A stretch of 64,000 nt of DNA, from NCBI GenBank assembly GCA_963778115.1, contig CAVZSV010000005.1, forward strand, positions 256,001-320,000, in the 5' to 3' direction. Position numbers and translations under genes: made by a program. Below, piece by piece: positions 18,444 through 26,685 of this stretch. The notes under the pieces are model-generated. The model was not told where the DNA came from and made no database searches. It worked only from the letters and a program-made list of their open reading frames with translations. How positions within the stretch are numbered: the first letter of the stretch is position 1; the number at the start of each line of letters is the position of its first letter. The stretch is from an uncultured delta proteobacterium (GTDB lineage: Bacteria; Bdellovibrionota; FAC87; UBA2466).

Positions 18444-18470
18444 ACAGAAAGGTAGGCCGTACCTTTCTGT
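18444..18470 (+). repeat. REP-like hairpin, copy A (may double as terminator of the act-cox operon)
   Basis: ACAGAAAGGTA-GGCCG-TACCTTTCTGT: perfect 11-bp stem, 2 bp after the coxD stop. Confidence 0.75.
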
Positions 18471-18598
18471 CAGAGCCCACCATCCCCAGAGAGGTCTTTG
18501 GGCGCAATTATCAATAATGAGAAGCCTTAGTAAGTGACGCTTAGCGCCTGAAACAACTCACTAAGAAAACCCGTGGCCAGGATGAGAAGGACCATTAA

Positions 18599-18626
18599 TC
18601 GGAGTGTCATTTTCGGAGTGTCATTT
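18599..18626. repeat. Perfect 14-bp tandem direct repeat (TCGGAGTGTCATTT x2)
   Basis: Copies at 18599-18612 and 18613-18626, upstream of the glycan locus. Confidence 0.85.
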
Positions 18627-18766
18627 AAGGTCTCGAAAAGCCTATCGGATTTTGACCATCAAAGTTAGTGCCGGAATTCCAGGGGTTAAGTCATAAAATT
18701 TTAGCATATGCCGATGAGTCATTGAGGCTCCGTGTTGAGGAACAGGGGCAAAGGGAGAAAATTCGG

Positions 18767-19518
18767 ATGAAATATGCCGTGTGTTCCGGGTCGTGGTGGA
18801 GCCCTCTCCAAAATCATCCGGGTACGAAATTTAACGACTCATGGGACTTCGTGCGAGATGTCAGATTTTTTTCTGTGTGGCATTACTTCGTCAATAAATA
18901 TACGTGCCCCGAGAAGATATTGATTGTCGATTCGGATAGCCCCTTGAAGCCCGAGTTTCCCGAGATCCCCGTCTCGAATTTATTCGTATGAGAACGAATT
19001 TTGGTCATGCTCTGAGTCAGGGGGTTGAGGTCTGTGGTTGGACAAGAGCGCTAATGACGGGAGCGTTTTACACATGGATTAATGATTTGGATTACTTTGT
19101 ATTTATCGAACAAGATTGCTTGGTTTCCGGAAGCGGATGGGTGGAACACGTAATCTCGAACATGAAAGGTCGCGGGCTATCGTGCGGCGTTTATTCCGAG
19201 TCCCACTTAAGAGTCGAAAATAGTCTAATCATTATTCATCGAGATTGGATTCCACGCTTCATCCGGTACTATACCGATATACCTCAATGGGATTCGGTAC
19301 TGTTTCCCGAATTAAAATTTCATAAACTTCTTTTCACTAATCGGTTTTTCAAGATTCCATTCACTCCACTTCCCTTCGGATATGGAAGATCGAGGCCCAT
19401 CGATTTTACCTCGCCCCATTTTTACGCTCAGCAATGGAATGAAAGCGACCTCCGCTTGCTTTTGAATCAGGAAGGCTGCGAGTTTCTGTTGCCCGAGAAA
19501 AAGGAAAGTGCCGCATGA
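18767..19518 (+). pseudogene. GT-A-like putative glycosyltransferase split by a frameshift near 18960
   Basis: ATG 18767 follows AGGGAG. ORF 18767-18991 (...IVDSDSPLKPEFP) continues in the -1 frame as RDPRLEFIRMRTNFGHA...YFVFIEQDCLV. Could be an assembly indel rather than a true pseudogene. Confidence 0.6.
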
Positions 19519-20351
19519 ACCAGATAAGAAAACGGTTACATCTTTTACTACTGAAATTGAGATTCACCCGGTGGGCAACGGCTATTTTTGGAGCTTATTT
19601 CAAGACGAATGGAAATTCGATCGAGCTAGATATTACTTATGCGTGTCACTTCGGTTGTGTTAACTGTAATCGCTCGAGTACCCAGGCGAAGTCCGACCTT
19701 TATATGCCCCTTGAAGTTATTAGAGACTTTATCACCCAGAGCGTCGATACGGATCGAAAGTGGAAAGAAATTAGAGTGATGGGAGGGGAACCGATGCTGC
19801 ATCCCCAAATTGGAGAGATCTTCGATCTGCTAGTCGAATATAAGCGTGCTCATCTACCGGGAGTCATCATTTTTCTTAAAACGAACATGAAGGCCAAGAA
19901 GGTAGATGATTTGGTGAATAGATACGCTGGAGATGTTCAATGTGTCTATGGCAACAGTCTGGAACGGAGCAAAAGTGAGTTCGTGGAATTTAACAATGCT
20001 CCCTGCGATGACCCTCACTTTCGTCAAGTGGACTATAGGAATGGTTGCTCGGTAACCGAGGTAGACGGCATTGGCTTAAGCCCCCTTGGAAAGTATTACC
20101 AATGCGGCCCTGCCGGGGGAATCGATCGAATCTTTCACCATGACGTTGGTAAGGATTCGCTCCCCGCGGCGGATTATTCTTTCGACCGTCAAAAAGAGAG
20201 CCTTTGCCGATATTGCGGACATTTTCGTTTCGCTCTTAGCTTAGACTCCAATGTCGGGGCGAAGCAGATAACCACCGACTCCTGGAAGAAAGGGTATGAA
20301 CTGGCCCTGCAAGAGCGAGCCGATAAGAAAAAGAAGGCTGTGGGCACATGA
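19515..20351 (+). CDS. Radical SAM protein with Cys-rich C-terminal extension
   Basis: ITYACHFGCVNC (CxxxCxxC) and MGGEPMLHP; further Cys in NGC, YQC and LCRYC. Confidence 0.9.
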   Translation: MNQIRKRLHLLLLKLRFTRWATAIFGAYFKTNGNSIELDITYACHFGCVNCNRSSTQAKSDLYMPLEVIRDFITQSVDTDRKWKEIRVMGGEPMLHPQIGEIFDLLVEYKRAHLPGVIIFLKTNMKAKKVDDLVNRYAGDVQCVYGNSLERSKSEFVEFNNAPCDDPHFRQVDYRNGCSVTEVDGIGLSPLGKYYQCGPAGGIDRIFHHDVGKDSLPAADYSFDRQKESLCRYCGHFRFALSLDSNVGAKQITTDSWKKGYELALQERADKKKKAVGT

Positions 20352-22132
20352 AAAAGGGACAGCAACAGCCGCACCATATCGAAATAACAACGAATGTAGG
20401 ATGTAGTAATCTCTGCGACCATTGCCCCCAATCGTCAATCACGCACGCTTACGGTCCCCATCTGGGCGAACGTATGATGTCATTGGATACATTTAAATCT
20501 TGCTTGGATAAACTACCCGCTTCAACCATTATCGATTTTTCGGGAATGTCCGAGCCTTGGCTCAATCCAAACTGCACTTCCATGCTCCTCTATGCCCATG
20601 AAAAGGGACATCCCATTTCGGTCTATACCACCCTAGTAGGATGGACCGAGCGTGATCTTAACCTGGTCCAACACATTGCTTTTCAGGAATTCGTCGTGCA
20701 TCTGGCTGCGGCCGACGGGGCGGACAAGATAAAGACAGGACCCGTCTATTATGAATTGCTAAAGAGCGTGATAAAGTCGATTCCCAATGTTCATTTCGTC
20801 CACCTCTCTGCGGTCCCGGATCCCAGGGCTCTGGCAATTGTCGGATCAGCGGAACACAAGCCACTCACAACACGGGGGAATCTCGTGCCCGAAAAGGTTC
20901 TAAAGCCGGTCGGACGATATACGGGAACGATCACTTGTGTACGTTCGAAGGGCTATACCGTTTTGTTACCTAACGGAGAAGTCACTCTTTGTTGTATGGA
21001 CTATGGATTAAAACACAAACTCGGAAATCTTAAGCAGCAGGACTACCCGTCTCTGTACGAAAGTCAGGAATATAAGAAAATACTTAGGGGACTTGAGGAT
21101 CCTAGTGAGGATATTTTATGTAGAGTATGTGACTGGGGTATTGCCCAGTCCGAAGCGAAAAAAAGAGAGGCTCAACATTCGCGATGGGATTTTACCTATA
21201 GGCGTTGGCGTGCGTTTGCGGTCTCTGTTTTAAGGCCATTAGCATTGCGATTAGCAAGTATAAAGCAATGGCAAGTCAATGTGCTTAATGTCCATAATTT
21301 AGGCTCTTCTCGAGCTCTAGGAGATACCCTTTTGGCGGACATGTTCTGTCGGAGTATTAAGAAGAAATATCCAGGAGCAAGAATTAATCTCGTATCGAAT
21401 GACGAGGATCTTGTTAGAAAAAGCCCGTGGGTTCATTCATTCAATGGCAATGCGCGGGGGCAGCGTGGGTTATCAAAACTGCTGACGCTGGAATTTAAGT
21501 ATTCGTTTTTACCTTTTCGGCCCGAAGATATGCCTATTAAGGAGCCGTTCGATCGGTACGGATTAGCGTTTGAGCAGCGTCCGCAAATCCATCTGGATCG
21601 CGAAGAGATTGAAGCAGCTACGACACTCATTCCCCATAATGGACTTCCCACCATCGCAATTAATGTAGAAAGTTTTAGGCCGGTGAAGAATTGGCCGTTG
21701 GCCTATTGGGAAAAATTCGTTCAGATGATTCAAAAGAGCAACAACGTCATTCAATTGGGATCCGAATTTGAGCCGATACTTAACGGCGTTATACGGCTTT
21801 CAGGAAAACTATCGCCACGCCAATCCGTGGCCGTTCTTGCCAATTGCGAGGCCTTTGTCGGACCGGATAGCTTTCTCATGCACGCGGCTAGGGCAGTCAA
21901 TGTGCCTTCGGTCATCATTTTCGGTGGTCGTGCGACTCCCAGAAATTTCGGTTACCCCGAAAACAGGAATCTGTTCGTTAAAGTGGAGTGTGGCCCCTGT
22001 GTAAAACAAGGCGCGTGTGAGTTTAATACACGGTGTATGGAGCTCATTTCCGTGGAAACCGTCTACCAACATGCAACAGAACTAATCGCGACGGCTTGCA
22101 CCAAGAAAATTAAGCTATTATCCGCCGCATAG
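20348..22132 (+). CDS. Radical SAM (SPASM/Twitch) - glycosyltransferase family 9 fusion
   Basis: N-terminal half: CSNLCDHC, FSGMSEPW, LCCMD...LGNL, CRVC. C-terminal half: ALGDTLL, KNWP, GPDSFLMHAARAVNVPSVIIFG, CGPC...C...RCM (heptosyltransferase-like). Confidence 0.88.
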   Translation: MKKGQQQPHHIEITTNVGCSNLCDHCPQSSITHAYGPHLGERMMSLDTFKSCLDKLPASTIIDFSGMSEPWLNPNCTSMLLYAHEKGHPISVYTTLVGWTERDLNLVQHIAFQEFVVHLAAADGADKIKTGPVYYELLKSVIKSIPNVHFVHLSAVPDPRALAIVGSAEHKPLTTRGNLVPEKVLKPVGRYTGTITCVRSKGYTVLLPNGEVTLCCMDYGLKHKLGNLKQQDYPSLYESQEYKKILRGLEDPSEDILCRVCDWGIAQSEAKKREAQHSRWDFTYRRWRAFAVSVLRPLALRLASIKQWQVNVLNVHNLGSSRALGDTLLADMFCRSIKKKYPGARINLVSNDEDLVRKSPWVHSFNGNARGQRGLSKLLTLEFKYSFLPFRPEDMPIKEPFDRYGLAFEQRPQIHLDREEIEAATTLIPHNGLPTIAINVESFRPVKNWPLAYWEKFVQMIQKSNNVIQLGSEFEPILNGVIRLSGKLSPRQSVAVLANCEAFVGPDSFLMHAARAVNVPSVIIFGGRATPRNFGYPENRNLFVKVECGPCVKQGACEFNTRCMELISVETVYQHATELIATACTKKIKLLSAA

Positions 22133-22145
22133 ACGGCTGCGTGTT

Positions 22146-23192
22146 ATGAGCCAAAGGAAATTACGGCTAAGAATGAAAACTTCATCATCTAATTTTTCTC
22201 TATCAGTCGTTATGCCAGTGTTTAATGCGGGTCCCTTTCTCGACGTCTCCATAGCAAGTATTCTTAATCAGTCTTTTAGCGTTTTTGAGCTCATTCTCGT
22301 CGACGATGGTTCCACCGATGAGACAAGCGCAAATTTGCATAGATGGGCACAAGCCGATAATCGAATTAGGGTATTGCGAAATAGCGTGAATCTCGGGGTG
22401 GGAGCAAGCTTAAATAAAGGCGTACTTGCAAGCAACGGAACGTGGATCGCCCGAATGGATGCCGATGACATCGCGGAGCCTCATCGGTTTCAGGTTCAAA
22501 GAGCGTACGTATTGAGTCGGCCAAATCTGGTGCTCTTAGGTTCGAACGTGACGCTGTTGAACGAATCAGGCCTTGTTACCGAAGGACTTTCATTGCCCCA
22601 AGACCACCGAGAGATTAGGCGATCGCTCTTATTCGGAGGGTGGCCTTTGGTGCATCCTTCGACCCTTTTCTCCCGAGTCGCCTTTGATATGGCCGGTGGC
22701 TATATCGAAGCTCGCAATTTTACCCTCGAGGACCATGCCTTTTTTATTCGCCTATCGGAACTGGGAGAGGTGGCCAATCATCCCGATGCTCTGCTTCGCT
22801 ATCGGAGACATCACTATAGCTATTCTAACAACGCAAGAATTAAATCTAAGCAGGTGGAAAAGATAAAAAAGGAAATGGCCTGGGAAAGTCTAGTACGGAC
22901 GCATGAAGTTTCGTCATGGATGAATGGCCCGAGCCGAATAGATCTGGGACTGCATGGATTACAGCAGACCTCAATTGGCCGCACGGGGTATTTGAAAAGA
23001 CAATATCTTTACATGGCGAAACGATGTTTGATGCATCTTGAGTTTCGTGCGGCGTTATTGAATTTACGGGCATGCCGCGCAGATCGCTTGTCTATCCAAT
23101 CCTCCGGGGCATCCCTTTCCTCCTTTGATCCTGACTTTGGGACTGCTCGACCAAAAGATAAAGAAGGCAAGAGGCAGACTTCCACAGGATAG
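22146..23192 (+). CDS. Glycosyltransferase family 2
   Basis: SVVMPVFN, VDDGSTD, ARMDADD, HPS and ED. Start may be 22173. Confidence 0.92.
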   Translation: MSQRKLRLRMKTSSSNFSLSVVMPVFNAGPFLDVSIASILNQSFSVFELILVDDGSTDETSANLHRWAQADNRIRVLRNSVNLGVGASLNKGVLASNGTWIARMDADDIAEPHRFQVQRAYVLSRPNLVLLGSNVTLLNESGLVTEGLSLPQDHREIRRSLLFGGWPLVHPSTLFSRVAFDMAGGYIEARNFTLEDHAFFIRLSELGEVANHPDALLRYRRHHYSYSNNARIKSKQVEKIKKEMAWESLVRTHEVSSWMNGPSRIDLGLHGLQQTSIGRTGYLKRQYLYMAKRCLMHLEFRAALLNLRACRADRLSIQSSGASLSSFDPDFGTARPKDKEGKRQTSTG

Positions 23193-23287
23193 ATCACAAA
23201 CAAGACTTTGAGAGGTAACTTCTGCCCAATTCGTGAACCGATTGCCTTACTGTGGGGAAGGCCATGTTGTCCTCTTCAAGGAAGCTG

Positions 23288-24946
23288 TTACCGAGATAAA
23301 TCTCTTGGACGGGAGCCAAAACAGGGAATCTTGGCGGCGAGTTCGCCTAAGGGGGATTTGAAAAAGGCTGTCGCTTCGGGACTTGGGTTTTCTCTCGCAA
23401 GGACTGCTAGATTGGCAGCTAGCGAATAAAAACGACGGGGTTCGTTTTGGATCACCATTTCTATTTTATTGATTCTATCGATGACCTCTTTATCGGATCC
23501 CTGTAGTTTTCTCAGCTCGGTGAAGAACTCCTCTGGGCTCTTCTGGAATCGCACGATGTTCATAAGGTCTTCGGTCATCTTCTCACGCACCTGAAACTTT
23601 CCACTCGCTAGCCCAACGATATATTTTTTGATCTCTTCGGTTGGAGGCAGATCTCTTAGAAACCCTCGGGAAAACGCTTGCAACGATTCTTTGATGGCAT
23701 CGCGATGATTCTGCAATGCGACTCGAGCCCGAAAGGATTTAAGGGGGTCAGGGGACGAAAGCTCCTCTTTAGCTTCTTCGACGGAAATAGGCCGTAAGGT
23801 GAGATCGAAGAGCTTGACCGTCGGACAGGGCTCATCCTTTGAGAAAAACTGGCCATCCGAGAGTGAAGGGACGCTAAGCAGCTGATAGGGCGATCCTGGA
23901 ATCGTTTTGAGGTTAGATTTTTCGAAACTACGAATAGGAATACCGGTTCGTCTATCATAGATCGTGGAAAGACCACCCTCGATCCCCAGCGAACGATTCC
24001 CTCCAATAAGGAAATTGTCCGAGATATCCTCAAGCCAACTCAATTTTTTGTCACCGTCCGCGTCCGTCACCGGAACGGCATCAGCCAGTAAAAAGGGCTC
24101 TCCGGAATGGCTTCCATCCGCTTTCAAAAATAAAATGCCGGGGGGCGGAATGGGGGGCTCCTGATAGCCTCGCGAACTTCTACTCTTAAAGACATAGGTC
24201 TTTGACTCAGGCAGGTACTTAAGAAACTCGAATTCATCCGGCTTTCCAAATGCCATCGGCGTTTGCTTACCCGAAAAGTCCAGACGTGCAAGCTTCTTGT
24301 GGTCCCCAAGAACCATATGATCATCGGCCACCAGAAGCACTCGATCCCTAGAGGAGTCCACAAATTTCGGAGGATCACTTCGTAGATCGTAGATCGTAAC
24401 GCCGGAGTGAACGGAAGCAAAAAAGTTACCACTGGGATCAAAACTCGAACCACTCAGACCTATTAGTTGATCTGAGAGTCGGACCCTAGGTTTTGCGGAG
24501 TCTAGATCCCATACAAGAAAGGGATCCTTTTTTCCCGCTGGTCCGGCACTTCCGGGCGTATGACTTGTAAAGCCCCCGCCCACTGCGACAAAGCGGCCGT
24601 TGGGACTCACTACACTTTCCACGGAAAGAGTCTCTTTCCCTTCGGGTTGATCCACCACCGATCCTTCTATCTGCTGCAGAAGTTTTCCGGTCGTCGAGTC
24701 GAATCGGGCGATGAGACCGTTGCTGAAGGACGCTACGATATCGCCTTTGGTACTTTTCACGATGTGTTCAATGTGGCAAGAACCCCCATGGAGACTTGAG
24801 GGAAGGTCTAAAGTGACCTCACCCAAAGACGAAGGCCCTTCACTCGTCCTGTGAGGTGGATTGGTGGACGGGGCATGGCGGCCTCCCGCTAACGCGATAG
24901 CAGTCGTAAAGAAGAGAACGGAAATTACCGACTGGGTCGATTTCAT
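23288..24946 (-). CDS. Secreted WD40/beta-propeller protein with helical C-terminal domain
   Basis: Signal peptide; blade-like motifs SPNGRFVAVG, VWDL, FDPSGNFFAS, TIYDL and KLFDL; helical tail. Confidence 0.7.
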   Translation of the reverse strand: MKSTQSVISVLFFTTAIALAGGRHAPSTNPPHRTSEGPSSLGEVTLDLPSSLHGGSCHIEHIVKSTKGDIVASFSNGLIARFDSTTGKLLQQIEGSVVDQPEGKETLSVESVVSPNGRFVAVGGGFTSHTPGSAGPAGKKDPFLVWDLDSAKPRVRLSDQLIGLSGSSFDPSGNFFASVHSGVTIYDLRSDPPKFVDSSRDRVLLVADDHMVLGDHKKLARLDFSGKQTPMAFGKPDEFEFLKYLPESKTYVFKSRSSRGYQEPPIPPPGILFLKADGSHSGEPFLLADAVPVTDADGDKKLSWLEDISDNFLIGGNRSLGIEGGLSTIYDRRTGIPIRSFEKSNLKTIPGSPYQLLSVPSLSDGQFFSKDEPCPTVKLFDLTLRPISVEEAKEELSSPDPLKSFRARVALQNHRDAIKESLQAFSRGFLRDLPPTEEIKKYIVGLASGKFQVREKMTEDLMNIVRFQKSPEEFFTELRKLQGSDKEVIDRINKIEMVIQNEPRRFYSLAANLAVLARENPSPEATAFFKSPLGELAAKIPCFGSRPRDLSR

Positions 24947-24963
24947 GAATACTATTCTACTTG

Positions 24964-25022
24964 ATACCAGAAGGTACGGCCTATCTTCTGGTATTTTACA
25001 GAAAGGGACGTACCTTTTTGTA
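24964..25022. repeat. REP-like hairpin doublet (copy C inverted at 24964-24994; degenerate copy D at 24997-25022)
   Basis: ATACCAGAAGGTA-CGGCC-TATCTTCTGGTAT (reverse complement has the GGCCG loop), followed by TACAGAAAGGGACGTACCTTTTTGTA. Confidence 0.72.
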
Positions 25023-25077
25023 GTTTGGGCTTTTCAATGCTGACCTGACGCGTTATCCACAGGGGAAAGGGGGTAAT

Positions 25078-25692
25078 ATGAATCGCATGGGTTTTCTTTT
25101 TATCTACGTATTTTGTTCGGCCCTGAGTTTGGGATGGGGAAGAGGGGCGGTTGGGGAAGAGATAAATCCTAACGAATGTCCCGATTTCACCGGAACGTGG
25201 CGCGGTCTTTGTCATAACGAAAAAGACGGGCAACGCACGGAAATTCTTAGAGTCACTCAAGGCCGGATTATTGCCGGGCGATTAGCCGGGCGCTGCGAGG
25301 CATTTTTTCTACGGCAAAACCCCGAAGATTACGGCGAAGTCATTTTCCTTCAAAATTTAAGCGTCAATACGAGGTCGGTGCTCACCCAGCAACACCGCGA
25401 GGTAGTCGATTCCGGAGTCTATTGGCTTGATCAGAAGAATAAGAAGAGTTTGGTCCACTGGATTACCGAGGTCTATCTGCATACCCGAATTAATATGGGG
25501 AACATCACGGGCGAAGAGCGGATAATTGCGGATACCAAAGACACGCTCACCCTTAATGACAAAGACGAATTAGAGATCCAAAGAATAGAAGATACGATCA
25601 ACGAACATCCCAAGCTGGGCCGAGAGGTGACTTCAGTTAAAAGTAGTTGCCGATTGACCCGACTCAACCGCGATAGGCTTTCGGTCGATTAG
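25078..25692 (+). CDS. Secreted hypothetical protein (beta-rich)
   Basis: G-rich RBS; signal peptide; CPDFTGTWRGLC motif; four Cys in the predicted mature part. Confidence 0.7.
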   Translation: MNRMGFLFIYVFCSALSLGWGRGAVGEEINPNECPDFTGTWRGLCHNEKDGQRTEILRVTQGRIIAGRLAGRCEAFFLRQNPEDYGEVIFLQNLSVNTRSVLTQQHREVVDSGVYWLDQKNKKSLVHWITEVYLHTRINMGNITGEERIIADTKDTLTLNDKDELEIQRIEDTINEHPKLGREVTSVKSSCRLTRLNRDRLSVD

Positions 25693-25700
25693 CGGACTTT

Positions 25701-26546
25701 CTATTGGGGTGCCGTAAAGGCCTCTGTCAGCGGCTGGCTGCCTGGTTTGGAAAAGCTAGCCAGTGCCGCGACTACGGCATCCCAGACGTAAATGTTAGTG
25801 CGATCGAGTTCTGTCTCTCCTTGAATGGCTCCGTACATTCTTCCAAACTCATGGACCAATTGGCGTATTTTTGGAAAAGACGTATTATCGGCGCCAAAGA
25901 AACTGTTACAGAGGTAGATCTCCTGGATGGGATGCAAGGTCTGAAAGAGATAAAAATTCTTACCTCTGAAAATGGTGTAGGCGAGTCTTCCATTGCCCAC
26001 TTCAGGGTGGTAATTGCCCTCGCTATCGAATCCGGCGTCATTTCCACAAGTGGTATCGCACAATATCTTAACTCCGCGATTAATCTGACAACCGGATTGA
26101 GCTTTCTTAAGACTGTCTAAATAAAACGCTCGATTATTCCCTACGAAAACGACATCGGAGAAGTAACGGACCACTTCCTTGCGGGCGTGAGGATCTCTTT
26201 GCACTCGCGCATGGACGGCGGCTACATGCAGGTCCCATTTGCGATCTTCCTTGAAGGCATTCCATCTTGCTTCCAAAGTCTGAACGGCGAAATCAACCTG
26301 TTCACACGCGGCATTGATGGAGTCTTCGATATCAGGATAGTCCTTTTGAGGGCATTGCATCGCCTTGCCGTCGAAGGAGAACTTGGGAAAAATCACTCTC
26401 GAGCTAGTCGCCGGTAGCTGATTTCCCCAAATTGAAGAAGTGAACAGACATAGACTTACGCATAGACATAGGGCTTCGCCCCAGACGCCCAAATAGGATC
26501 GAACCAAACCCCCACCCCTTTTCCCAAACCCATTGAGATCTAACAA
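25701..26546 (-). CDS. Secreted zincin/M35-like protein with degenerate HExxH (HEFGR)
   Basis: Hydrophobic N-terminal segment; LAYT...IYLCNSFF...LVHEFGR, the layout of aspzincin-like domains. Start uncertain. Confidence 0.55.
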   Translation of the reverse strand: MLDLNGFGKRGGGLVRSYLGVWGEALCLCVSLCLFTSSIWGNQLPATSSRVIFPKFSFDGKAMQCPQKDYPDIEDSINAACEQVDFAVQTLEARWNAFKEDRKWDLHVAAVHARVQRDPHARKEVVRYFSDVVFVGNNRAFYLDSLKKAQSGCQINRGVKILCDTTCGNDAGFDSEGNYHPEVGNGRLAYTIFRGKNFYLFQTLHPIQEIYLCNSFFGADNTSFPKIRQLVHEFGRMYGAIQGETELDRTNIYVWDAVVAALASFSKPGSQPLTEAFTAPQ

Positions 26547-26685
26547 AACAAGGGTTGACCCGATCTGTCAAATGAATGGCCGTTAATCAGGCGGGGCGTG
26601 GCTAAGGGCAGGGTGACTTCCTCCGGAAGTTTTTACATGTTACCCTGAAAGGGAGCCTTTCTTTCTCAATTAAAGAACCTTTTAC

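Noticed and set aside
18691..18717. GCCGATGA upstream of the glycan locus as a sigma28 promoter
   Set aside because: The -10 is good, but no TAAA-like -35 sits at 15-16 bp spacing (nearest is 12 bp); too weak to call.
18956..18962. TTTCCCG (and T6 at 40526) as programmed -1 ribosomal frameshift sites
   Set aside because: Not in the X XXY YYZ register, and no evident stimulatory structure.
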